Assembly (NCBI GenBank): GCA_032718475.1
Contig: JAUCBJ010008687.1
Span: 1 to 54,258 of the forward strand
Direction: 5' to 3'
DNA from: Nemertoderma westbladi
Taxonomy: Eukaryota; Animalia; Xenacoelomorpha
Length of the DNA stretch: 54,258 nucleotides
Shown here: one piece after another, positions 36,101-47,767 of the stretch
Position numbering within the stretch: the first letter of the stretch is position 1
How the letters are laid out: every line of letters starts with the position of its first letter
Made by a program: the position numbers and the translations under genes
Notes under the pieces: generated by a model
The model's database searches: none
The model's input: only the letters and a program-made list of their open reading frames with translations
Told to the model about the DNA's origin: nothing

Positions 36101-36317
36101 TATATCGGTAATATAAATCGGCATAACGTACTGTACTATATACAGTATTGACTAAATAAACTTCAATAACAAAAATATGAGAAATAAACAAAACTACAGT
36201 ATAAAAAAATAATACCAAAATTGAAATAAATATTCAATATTGCATCGTTATAAATTCAATAATATTGCACATCCACATCACAATAATATATTGAAGAACA
36301 TGTAAACTAATTAATAT

Positions 36318-37075
36318 TGCAGTTACAGTAGTTATATTATGGGAGTACAAAATAAAGACCTGCAGTTACAGTAGTTATATTATGGGAGTACAAAATAAAG
36401 ACCTAAGACCCAACACCTTAAGACCAAAGACCCTACAAAAGTAAGACCCCCCCCCCCCTTCCCCGCCCTGATACAATGTACGATCCCCCAGGTACAATAG
36501 TAAGACCCCCCAGGTATAAACGTAAGACCCCCCCCCCCCCCCAAGGTACAAAAGTAAATCCCCCTGGTACAAAAGTAAGACCCCCTGGTACAAACGTAAG
36601 GCCCCCAGGTACAAACGTAAGACCCACCCAGGTACAAAAGTAAGACCCCCAGGTACAAACGTAAGACCCCCCCCCCAAGGTACAAAAGTAAGACCCCCTG
36701 GTACAAAAGTAAGACCCCCTGGTACAAACGTAAGGCCCCCAGGTACAAACGTAAGACCCACGTGGCCCAGGTACAAAGGTAAGACTCCCCTGGAACAAAA
36801 GTAAGACCTCCAGGTACAAAAGTAAGACCTCACCCCCTTAGGTACAAAAGTAGTGTAAGACCCCCAGGTACAAAAGTAAGTCCAAGTATGACCCCTCCAG
36901 GTACAAAAAGTAAGACCCCGCCAAGTACAAAAGTAAGACCCCCCTGGTACAAAAGTAAGACTCCCCTGAAACAAAAGTAAGACCCCCTAGTACAAAAGTA
37001 TTAAGACCCCCCCAGGGAAAAAAGTAAGACCACACCCCCTCCCCACCAGGTACAAAAGTAAGACCACAGGTACAA
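36318..37075. repeat. ~21-27 bp minisatellite GGTACAAAAGTAAGACCCCC, preceded by a 43-bp tandem duplication
   Basis: Directly visible; source of the GLTFVPG-type spurious ORFs. Confidence 0.9.
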
Positions 37076-37180
37076 CTTGAGTGATAGTTGCATGACACTG
37101 AATTACAACACTATATTCCGGGGGACCTGGTGCAATAAATATTAACGTGACTAAATTAAATTACAATTTTCTAATACAAG

Positions 37181-37680
37181 AATGATTCTATTTAACCAAT
37201 GTCAGACGTTTTAAATTAACATTAAAAATCGATGTTAAATTTCAACGTTTGTTTAATATTGGGTTTAGTGATTTGTGTTCATGATTAAATTGAACCAATG
37301 TCTGACGTTTCAAAATAACGTTAAAAATCTATGTTAAAATTCAACGTTTGTTTAACGTTTGGGTTTAGTGATTTTTGTACATGATTAAATTTAACCAACA
37401 TCAGACGTTTCAAAATAACGTTAAAAATTGATGTTAAAATTAAACGTCTGTTTAACGTTTGTGTTTAGTGATTTTTGTTCATGATTAAATTTAACCAATG
37501 TCAGACGTTTCAAAATAACGTTAAAAATTGATGTTAAAATTCAACTTCTGTTTAACGTTTGTGTTTAGTCATTTTTGTTCATGATTAAATTTAACCAATG
37601 TCAGACGTTTCAAAATAACGTTAAAAATTGATGTTAAAATTGAACGTCGGTTTAACGTTTGGGTTTAGTTGATTTTAGAC
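37181..37680. repeat. 100-bp tandem repeat x5 (CACTA subterminal)
   Basis: ATGATT...TTAACCAATGTCAGACGTTT at 37181, 37281, 37381, 37481 and 37581. Confidence 0.92.
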
Positions 37681-40554
37681 ATGTAGTTTTTAAACGATTA
37701 TAAGACGTTAGAAAACGTTTGTTCTAAGTTATTTTTATAACTTTAGTTTTCTAACCTAAAACAGACTAAAGTCTAACGTTAGATTAGCGTAATTAACGTA
37801 AAATGTTTGCAGGGAAGGGGAATACGTAAGGGAAAGGCATGGGCAGCCTTGAATAGGCTTTCCAGGATTTGGAAGTCACCGAGAATTAATAGGAAACTTA
37901 AGGTCCGATTATTTAGAGCAGCAGTAGTTCCAATACTCCTCTACGGGAGTCCATGCTGGGCTCTAACTGCTGAGGACACCAAATCTCTGGATGGCACATT
38001 CACAAGAATGCTACGCCGGGTTCATTGTGTCAAGTACAATGCACACATCTCCAACCAGACACTATATAACATTGGAGGTGTCTCATTGGTTCCCCCAAGC
38101 TTGACACTAGAACAAAATCGCCTCCGCTTTGCAGGACATTGCTTTCGCCGTGAGGACCAGCCAGTGCATAATCTTGTACTTTGGCAGCCTCATGGAGTGA
38201 ATAAACATGGTGGACAGCCCATGACTTTCTTGAGACGCATCTTAAAGGACACTGGCCTTGAAGATGCGGATGATCTAGCAAATGTCATGGGTGATAGGGA
38301 GTTGAGGCGGTGCAATTTTGTTGACAAGCCGGCACAGCATTCTTAAAAATGCAGCTGCAATGCAGCATGCCGATCCTAGTAGTAGTAGTAGCCCTTGTGA
38401 GTCAGCTGGTAGTCAGTGGGCGGGCAGTTTGTTGAATGTTGGATATGGATACAGGACAGCGCAGTACAGGGATATGTAGGCCCTCCAGACTGTCAGATGT
38501 AGTACCGGTGTGAGTGAGTCTATTCAGCTATGCGCAGATTACAGTGGATTAGCCTACATGGCCTACAAGCTCAGTCCTGCAGTCCTGCAGTCAGACTACA
38601 GGACTACAGACTAGCCAGCTAGCTGCAGAGCTGACTAGGCCATAGGCTGCTAGGCCTATACAGCAGTACACCTGTACACTGACTGATACAATTGCAGAGC
38701 TGGTAGAAGTGTAGCAGCATACTGCTGTACTGGCATTACTGATTACGATTACTACATTACTGTGTCAGAATGTCTGACTGTGGACTATATTGTATTACCG
38801 GTACAGTCAGACAGTATTCATGGTATTAGCACTTACCTGGCAGCCTGGCATGCAGCCGGTGTAACAGACATACAGAGAATTTTCACTCCAGCAGTCCCCT
38901 CCCCACAGGCTGGCAGCTGGATAGGCTGCCTTTATCTACTGATCTAGCAACTTTATTGAGTTCTCCCTGAATTGAATTGAATTGAATTGAACTCTCTTTT
39001 TTTATTAAAATTATAAAAACATATAACAGTATAAGTAACGAAATTAACAATTTAAATACACTGAAATTGGAACCGCCGTAATTATAAATAACCACGACAT
39101 CAATAACTACTCACTATCATGTAAAAAAAAAAAATATTTTATGTATTTAATAAAATTAAAAGAAAAAGAGGGGAAGACCACCAAGGCAAATTGCACTTAT
39201 TGGGGGTGCTGCGCAGCATCACAAAAAAATTATTATAATGCAAAAACATTGTATTACGTACGCAATGAAATAAAAAAAGTTAACTACGATATGTTCATAA
39301 AAAGGACGAAAGTGTATACATACCAAATAGAAAATAAATAAAAATAATCATAATCACGCGTGATAATCAATCGAATCTATTAAAATGACAATGTTCTAAC
39401 AAATTACAAGTATTAAGTTTGTCAAAAAAGGACTTAACACTTACTGCTTCGACTACGTCACTGGGAAGTGAGTTCCATATTGGCACTACTCTATTGGCAA
39501 ACGAATGTTTAAATACATCAACTCTATATGAAGACATATAGAGTTTACTTATGTGTCCTCTCAGACTACTTCTGTACACACTTGCGTAGGTGAAAAAATC
39601 ATGAAAATCCAAATCAACCAGATTACGTTCTATATTGTATACCATTTTTAAATCAAAAACGATACGACGCATCTCTAAGGGCTGTAAATTAAGGTAATCT
39701 AGCCTTTCCATATAGCTTATATACGATAAACTGCACCGCGCAAAAAGCCTTCGAGTAAAATATCTCTGTACGCGTTCTATGAGGTCGATGTTATACATCT
39801 GATATGGGGACCAGATAACGGTACAGTATTCGACTAAGGGTCGAACAAAGGCCTTATACGCTGTTACCAAAGCACTAACAGAGCTAGTGTAAAAAGAACG
39901 CAAAATCATGTTAATGATCTTAAACGCTTTTTTTACACGCTCTTTACAATATAACGAAAATTTCAGGTCATCACATATCGTAATGCCCAGATCCTTAAAA
40001 CTTCTAACAGCTTCTAGTTTCGTATTGTTTAGGTAATAAGACGGCTTCAAATTTTTACCACCAATATTAAGTACTTTACATTTATGCGGTGCAACTGGTA
40101 GTTGCCAGGTATCAGACCACAAGTTAAGTGTAGTCAACGCATTGGATAAAAAGGAGGAGTCTATGTTACAAAACTATACAACTTTATATCATCTGCATAT
40201 AATTTACAATGCACTGAATCAAGCAATGGAGGAAGATCATTGATATACAACACAAACAAAACAGGTCCAATGACACTTCCTTGAGGTGTACCCGAAGGTA
40301 CATTACGGTAATTAGATAAGCTATTACCTACCATAACACGCTGAGTGCGGTCAGTTAGGAAAGCTTTCAACCAAGCATACAAGTTTCCCACTATACCATA
40401 TCCAGCAAGTTTGCACATAAGCTTCGCATGAACTACTTGGTCGAATGCTTTTGCGAAGTCCACATATAAAACATCCACTTGTAATTTTTTGTCTACATAT
40501 TTGCACCAATCATGAGTACATTCCAATAACTGGGTAGCGGTAGAACGGCGCTTC

Positions 40555-42517
40555 CAGGGATGGCAAAAACCATGGTTTTTTGAAAAAAAATTTTTGGTTT
40601 TGGTTTTATTGTTTGGTTTTTTATGGTTTTTTTTGGTTTTTTATGGTTTTTTATGGTTTTTCTGTGGTTTAATTAAATCCAATACAGCAATACATACAAA
40701 TGTAGGGCCTACATACAACAGTCTGACAGTACAACAACCCTTGCGCTTGCCCAATAGAACAAAATACTGGAATAACTGAATAAGGCCACATACAGTATGC
40801 TGGCAGGCTGGTTTGAAGCGTTTCTTCTGCTGTTCTGTTCTGTCCTTACTCTCATCCAACCCATCTGCCCATGCAGCCATGTCAGCATGTGACAAAATAC
40901 TAACAACATAGGCCTACAACGTAAAAATACATAAAAACTGACATACCGACGTCTGCACTGCTCCACTGCACGCCAGGCTGCAAACCACCACTGAACCGCG
41001 CACAACGCCTGCGCACAATTTTTCAGCCGCGCAATATTGGACAATACAGCAATATACCGCGCATGCAGGCATGCACTGATGCACCGAAAAAAAACGCGCA
41101 CACCACATTTTAACAATGTAAACGAGAAACATATGCCAGCGAAGCGAGCAAAACCTTTTCATTAACATTGCAAAATGAACAGATGAAAAAGAAACGCAAG
41201 CAAAACTCAAAGTGAGAGAAATTTTTCATTCTAAGAGCTGAACAGTGCACAGTGCAAAATGATAACATAAAGAAACGCGAGCAAAACTCAAAAGTCTGAA
41301 AGTGAGCGAAATTTTTTCCTTCTAACAGTGCAAAATGAAAAAGAAACGAGAGCAAAACTCAAAGTGAGTGAAAGTTTTTCATTCTACATGTAACAGGGCA
41401 AAATGAAAAAGAAATGCGAGCAAAACTCAAAGTGTTCGAAATTTTTTCATTCTAACAGTGCAAAATGAAAAAGAAACGCAACTACCAGTCTGCTTTATAT
41501 TATTTTTTAGGCACTGCCCCTTCTTACTTGTCGGACCTTATTAAACCCTGCAGTAATAACCGAACAGGCCGAAATATGAGATCTGTTTCATCGAACTGTT
41601 TACAGGTTTATCCAGCTCGAACAACGTTTGCTAGACGATCATTTAGCTATGCAGCACCGATGGTTTGGAATGCACTGACTTGTGACCTGAGAGATCCAAG
41701 TATTACACTTGAGATGTTTAAAGCTAGACTGAAAACACACTTTTTTAATCTGTATTTTAACTCATAATTGATGCAAAGTTTTTAATTGGGAAATTATTTA
41801 TAAAAATTATAATTTTACACATAATTATTATTAAAGGGATAACAATACAGAACTATGATGCTATTTATGAATTATATGATTTTTATCGATAACATTTATT
41901 TAGAACATTTTTAGAACACGATTGCATTTTATGCATTTTTATATTCGATATATTTTTAATTTATGACCAAACACTGTACAGTATTACAACTTTGCTATTT
42001 ATGGAATCGGTTATCTTTGCAAATTTGTAATGGAAGAACTTATATTTTTGAAATTAGTGCTGTTTGTTTTTTAAATAATCGTAAATTATTTTGCGATAAC
42101 TTGATGTAATAATTTTAAATCCCTTGTATTTTTAATGTAATAATTTTAAATCCCTTGTATTTTTAATGTAATAATTTTAAATCCCTTGTATTTTTAATGT
42201 AATAATTTTAAATCCCTTGTATTTTTAATGTGTGTTGTAAATATAAGTTTGTAATAATTAATTAGTATTTGTATTTAAATAATGTGCAGAACTATACATT
42301 TGATTACGGTGCCCTCTGCATGACTAATGTTAGAAGGGGGCACGTTAATAAGCCATTATTATTATTATTATTATTATTTACAGTGTTAATTGTAAAATTT
42401 TATGAAAAACCATAAAAAACCATAAAAAACCAATTTTTTCGCCTTTTTTTAAAAGTTGGTTAAACCAAAAAACCATAAAAAACCAATGGTGAGAAAAACC
42501 ATTGGTTGCCAACCCTG
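40555..42517. mobile_element. hAT MITE copy 1 (carries an L2 fragment)
   Basis: CAGGGATGGCAA / TTGCCAACCCTG ends. 8-bp TSD GGCGCTTC (40547-40554, 42518-42525). Confidence 0.93.
41506..42371 (+). mobile_element. 3' fragment of an L2 LINE inside MITE copy 1
   Basis: APSYLSDL...RSFSYAAPMVWNAL...FKARLKTHFF*. GTGCCC...GGGCAC stem-loop at ~42309-42343. (ATT)n tail. TATTATTT target duplication. Absent from MITE copy 2. Confidence 0.88.
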
Positions 42518-44434
42518 GGCGCTTCATAAACCCGTGTTGGGCGCGAGATATTAATTTATGCTCTAGTAGATATACTAGTAATTCATTCTTAATTAAAGAT
42601 TCCATAATCTTGCAGGCCACGCATGTTAACGATACGGGCCTATAATTATACGGGTTAGAAGCGTCGTCCTTTTTGTAAATGGGCACAATAATAGCTGTAA
42701 GCCAAATTCTAGGTAAAGCATGTGTGCAAAAAGAAACCTCAAAAATATGGGAAAGTGGTGTAGCCAAAGACTGAGCTAATTCGAAAAATAAAATATTAGG
42801 AAAACCATCTGGGGTAGAACTAGTCTTTTTACCAAGTTGTTTTAATACTGGTAAAATCCTACTAGCACTAAAATCAATATTCCCTTTAGATATATTATCA
42901 TTAACCCTAGAATTGAAAGGAGGTAAATCACCGTTATCTTTACTATAATTTTCCGATAATACCTTAGACATGATCCGAGCTTTTGTGGGGTCATCCACAA
43001 TGATAGAGCCATTATATTTCAAGGGGGCAACACCAGTCTTATAATTCCGTTTAGAATTAACATATTTAAATATTGCATCAGGTTTCCCAGATGTTAAGAT
43101 ACGGTTTTCCCTGGCACAAGCAAATCTAAAAATTGCACGAGAAACTTCCTTTGAACACTTTTTATATTCATTATTACCAGTGTCTGTGTGTCTGCGGCGC
43201 CAGAGCGCCTTTTTTTTACGTTGCAATGCTCTAATATGTTCTGGGTAATATTTATTTTTTCTAGTGGGGGCAATACTTTTAAATGGGATAAATAACACAA
43301 TACCATGTTTTAAAATAGATGCAAATGCGGACCAAATATCATCGACTGTAATACATGTATTATACACTTCATACCAGTCAATCGAATCTAAGTATTCACA
43401 AAAGCTTTGAAATTTTCCATTTTTAAAATCATAGTAACCAATATTTTCATTTGAAATGGGCCCTCTATAATTTTGCAGGCTTGGGACCGTTTTTTTGTGT
43501 TTTTTTTTGGAACACAAAAAGCTGCATTAAAACTCATACCGGTCAGCCGGTACCTGTAGTCATAAGATTGTAACAGTCGGGCACTTTGTCAATATTGACA
43601 TGTTGTCAATATTGACATGTTCCATGTCAAAATTGACATGATGTCAATATTGACATGTTTTGATCATAAATTTTTTAAATATTGTGATTTAAAAAGTAAA
43701 AAATGTTTTTTTGTAAAGAGAATATCTATTTTAATTAAAATATTGTTGAATCCAACCAATGTATATTGTTCTTTGTAATAATTTTAATGATATGTTTTAT
43801 TGCATGTCAATATTCAGTCAGGGAAAACATCCCCGTGGGGATATGTGAAATTTAGGCTTAATTTCTCAACCTATCCTAGTGAGGATAGATGACATATCCC
43901 CACCAGGATAGATGGCACATTTTCCATTTTTCCGGTTTGCGCAAAAATTGGTTGGATGGCTATGTATTTCTTCGGTATTACAATGATCAATCAATAGGTT
44001 ACAAAAATTGTAAAATTTCACGCCCTTGTCATTGGTAAGATTTATAAGAAGATTATAGGGGTTTTAAATTCACATTGATTTCTATCCTGCTGGGGATATT
44101 ATCGACATATCCCCAGCAGGATATGTTTTATTTATATCATGGTGGGGATATTTTAGATATATCCACAGTAGGATATGTTTTAAAATAATATGTGTGTTTC
44201 CTATTCAGCATATCCTATTCAGGATATGCTAGGCTGTTGCTGGTGTGGGTGTTTACTGTTTCTACTGTATAGGATTTTGAGGGTGAAGACATTTGATTTA
44301 TCTGTCAGTAATTGTTAGGCAAATTATTAAAAAACTGCAGTCTGAATACTGGTAGGGCTACCGGTACTTATTAGACCCTATTACGATAGTTTGTTCTGTA
44401 CCATAATAATTCTGATTATTAATTATTTTGATAA

Positions 44435-45914
44435 TGGCTTCCGGCAGTCCGGTGCGGTAAATATAAAGAACCACGGAAGGGCCGTGTTGAAACTTGCTTC
44501 TGTTCCAATTTATCTGATCTATGCTCAACTGAAACTAGTGAAAATTTTTACACGAGGAATAAAATTTTCGAACTTCTTCTTTGGGTCCAAAATCCCAAAA
44601 GCTATGTTGGACCATTACCAGGGATGGCAAAAACCATGGTTTTTTGAAAAAAAATTTTTGGTTTTGGTTTTATTGTTTGGTTTTTTATGGTTTTTTTCGG
44701 TTTTTTATGGTTTTTCTGTGGTTTAATTAAATCCAATACAGCAATACATACAAATGTAGGGCCTACATACAACAGTCTGACAGTACAACCCTTGCTGCCT
44801 TGCGCTTGCCCAATAGAACAAAATACTGGAATAACTGAATAAGGCCACATACCGGTACAGTATGCTGGTTTGAAGCGTTTCTTCTGCTGTTCTGTTCTGT
44901 CCTTACTCTCATCCAACCCATCTGCCCATGCAGACATGTCAGCATGTGACAAAATACAGAAATACTAACAACATACAACGTAAAAATACATAAAAACTGA
45001 CATACCAACAGACCAACGTCCAGACGTCTGCACTGCTCCACTGCACGCCAGGCTGCAAACCTCCACTGACTGACTGAACCGCGCACAACGCCTGCGCACA
45101 ATTTTTCAGCCCGGCAATATTGGACAATATTACCGCGCATGCAGGCATGCACCGAAAAAAAACGCGCACACCACATTTTAACAATGTGAACGAGAAACAT
45201 ATGCCAGCGAAGCGAGCAAAACCTTTTCATTAACATTGCAAAATGAACAGATGAAAAAGAAACGCGAGCAAAACTCAAAAGTCTGAAAGTGAGCGAAATT
45301 TTTTCCTTCTAACAGTGCAAAATGAAAAAGAAACGAGAGCAAAACTCAAAGTGAGTTCGAAAGTTTTTCATTCTACATGTAACAGTCAGACAGTGCAAAA
45401 TGAAAAAGAAATGCGAGCAAAACTCAAAGTGTTCGAAATTTTTTCATTCTAACAGTGCAAAATGAAAAAGAAACGCGACTACCAGTCTGCTTTATATTAT
45501 TTACAGCGTTAATTGTAAAATTTTATGAAAAACCATAAAAAACCATAAAAAACCAATTTTTTCGCCTTTTTTTAAAAGTTGGTTAAACCAAAAAACCATA
45601 AAAAACCAATGGTGAGAAAAACCATTGGTTGCCAACCCTGACCATTACATACCAGGGAGTCTATGGTAATGAATTATGTAGATTCATCCAAGTTTGGTGT
45701 CATGGTTAGAGCTGCCACTTCGCCTGCAGCATCTTACCCCACTCAACAGACAATCATACAGGCATCTTCTGTAGACTTCCCTGAAGTGTCGCCGTCTAAA
45801 GATATATGTATTGCGATAGATAACTTTCAATTTATAGGCAAAACCTACCGCCTTTTCAATAAGGGTGTACCAATAAGCAAGGTTTGCTCAGTGATCAGCA
45901 TACAGGTACCTTAA
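44435..45914 (+). pseudogene. Decayed ORF fragment (~149 codons after removing the MITE), family unknown, probably TE-derived
   Basis: 44435-44618 and 45649-45914 join in frame without stops once MITE copy 2 and one TSD are excised. Confidence 0.45.
44619..45640. mobile_element. hAT MITE copy 2 (1022 bp)
   Basis: Same ends as copy 1. 8-bp TSD ACCATTAC (44611-44618, 45641-45648). Confidence 0.95.
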
Positions 45915-46582
45915 TTGTCAGGATTTATTAATTCAAAGGCATCCAATTCAGTTTGTCAGTTCATTGACCTAACTGGATTGGATGTAGCCGAGTGAGTGGA
46001 GGCATTTATTGAAATTGAATTGATTGTAACATTGTTTATGTTACATTTAACATAACGTAACTATATTTAAAATATATAATATTAAGTCTGTACTGGTCAG
46101 TGTAATGCAGTAATGTACTCTGACTCTATCTCTCTGACTTATCTGACTGATCAGTCCCCCGCTCAATGCGTGGCTCACCGGCCACAATGCTTTGTTTTAT
46201 TTTGTGTACATCATGCAGTCATCTGGTCATGCAGTCATGTGCGCCCCTCTACACGATTTGAAGTGAACTAATCTTATATACCCGTTTTGCAAGCGTTTCT
46301 CACTCGTTTGTACTCTTGTGTACTATTTTGCACTCTTTTGTAGGGTACCGGTCTGCCGGTACTGGGTACTATTTTTGCACTTTATTGTACACCTGTCAGC
46401 CTGTTGTACTCTTTTGTACTTTATTGTACTATTTTGTATTTTTTTGTACTTTTTTGTAGGCCTACAGATTCGTCGGACCCCAGAAATAATAATATTTATT
46501 TTCCTTTTTTCTATTAATTCAGTAATTGTTCCTCAATTACTTTTCCTTATTTTCTATCAACCATTTCTGGTCAATCACCGGT

Positions 46583-47767
46583 ACTTAAACTTGAACTTGA
46601 ACTTGTTTATTAACGGATTACAAAGTAAAATAAATACAAATCACTACAGTTAGGTATATGGCTTGTACAACTACAGTACAGTACGACAATCATAGTGCAA
46701 TTGTTACTGTTTAACACAATCTGACAATATAGGCAATTTAGTACATAATATACGCCATTTAGTACATAATATAATATACGCAATTTTAGTGTTAAATATT
46801 AAATATTTACAACAATGTTCGATTCGCAGTTGAAATAAATGAATATAGAACGTAATTGATACAGAAACTAAGAACATAATTGAATATAATATAATATACA
46901 GTATTGCAGTATAAGCATTATAATACTCCAGTTGAATAAAAATAATAAAATGGCAATGGTATGTTCGATCTTGTTAAAAAAAAAAAAATTATCTGAAAAG
47001 AATCCACAAGCAAAATTAATATGAATAGACCAGGTGCATGTAACAAATAAAAATAGGGAACGTTATTGATACTTAATAAAATAACACATAAATACTGCCA
47101 TTAACAACTTGCAACAAGAAACATATTAAAGTTCCAAATGAAAAATTACTAGAGAGGTGGAGACTAGTTTTCCAAAACTACAGTAGGCCTATCTTGATTG
47201 TCTGTGGATGTACGAATTATATTAAAATAAAATAATGAGAAATAAATATGGATTCGATCTTGTTTAAAATATCCTAAAAAAGTTAAAATAAACTGACACC
47301 ACATTTTTCACCAAATTAACATCTGAACATATTTACTTTACACTAACAAAATATATTTAAACTAAAATAATTACAAGATAAAAAGCATGATCCAAGCTTG
47401 ACGCCCAAAGTGTGTAGTGTTATCACCGATAGAAATTAACAAAAAGAAAAAAATGTAGCCGCTAAGGATAGCCCTAAGAGATAATTACATCTCATTTCCA
47501 TAGGGATCCTGTTATAAAAGGTAGATAAAATATAAAGTTTATAAGTAATAGAAACATAATAAAATCGCTATGTTATTGTGAACACCGAGATATCCGTGGA
47601 TGCAAGTTTATCTAAAAAGTGTTTCTTCAGGTTGTGTTGGAATACGACAAGAGATGGCGCTCGAGTTATATTGACCCTGGTAGATCATTCCACAACGAGG
47701 GCCCGTAGTATGAGAATGTAGAGGTAGACTGGCCGTGGACGGTGTGTCTCTGTGGGATTTCCGCACC
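46583..47767 (-). mobile_element. 3' end of a CR1/L2-group LINE with ~1 kb 3'UTR
   Basis: Minus-strand remnant GQSTSTFSYYGPSLWNDLP / APSLVVFQHNLKKHFL (~47600-47765). AATAAA followed by a (CAAGTT)n tail at ~46583-46611. Confidence 0.7.

Larger units (their letters stand above)
35125..37814. mobile_element. Non-autonomous CACTA/EnSpm-like (CMC) element
   Basis: TIR CCCTGCAAACATTTT / AAAATGTTTGCAGGG. 2-bp TSD AA. AACGTT-rich subterminal arrays at both ends. No transposase. Confidence 0.8.
35103..38390 (+). mobile_element. 5'-truncated RTE-clade LINE, interrupted by a CACTA-like element
   Basis: 11-bp TSD GCCCTTGTGAG (35092-35102, 38391-38401). (TAG)n tail at 38377-38391. ORF remnant IRKGKAWAALNRLSRIWKS...LLYGS.CW...DGTFTRMLR...RLRFAGHC (~37822-38346). 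Confidence 0.9.
38968..43517 (-). mobile_element. 5'-truncated CR1-group LINE, interrupted by a hAT MITE
   Basis: (TTCAA)n tail at 38968-38991. ORF2 pieces with NYRPVSLT, QHGFMKR|RSTATQLL (rejoined across the MITE), DFAKAFD, PQGSV, YADD, VRPLVEY, LRGH..KL. Confidence 0.92.

Noticed and set aside
36375-37098. GLTFVPG / GSYFCT repeat ORFs
   Set aside because: Minisatellite translation with variable C-run lengths.
40594-41355. ORFs inside the hAT MITEs (also 44602-45278)
   Set aside because: Frames are not preserved between the two copies; 8-bp insertions shift them freely.
682-43517. RT ORFs as retron, DGR or group II intron systems
   Set aside because: All carry LINE-specific C-terminal motifs and microsatellite tails, some with TSDs; they are ordinary L2/CR1/RTE remnants.
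11669-47767. Uni-strand piRNA cluster suggested by mostly minus-strand TEs
   Set aside because: The RTE and one L2 are on the plus strand, and the sample is too small; it needs small-RNA data.
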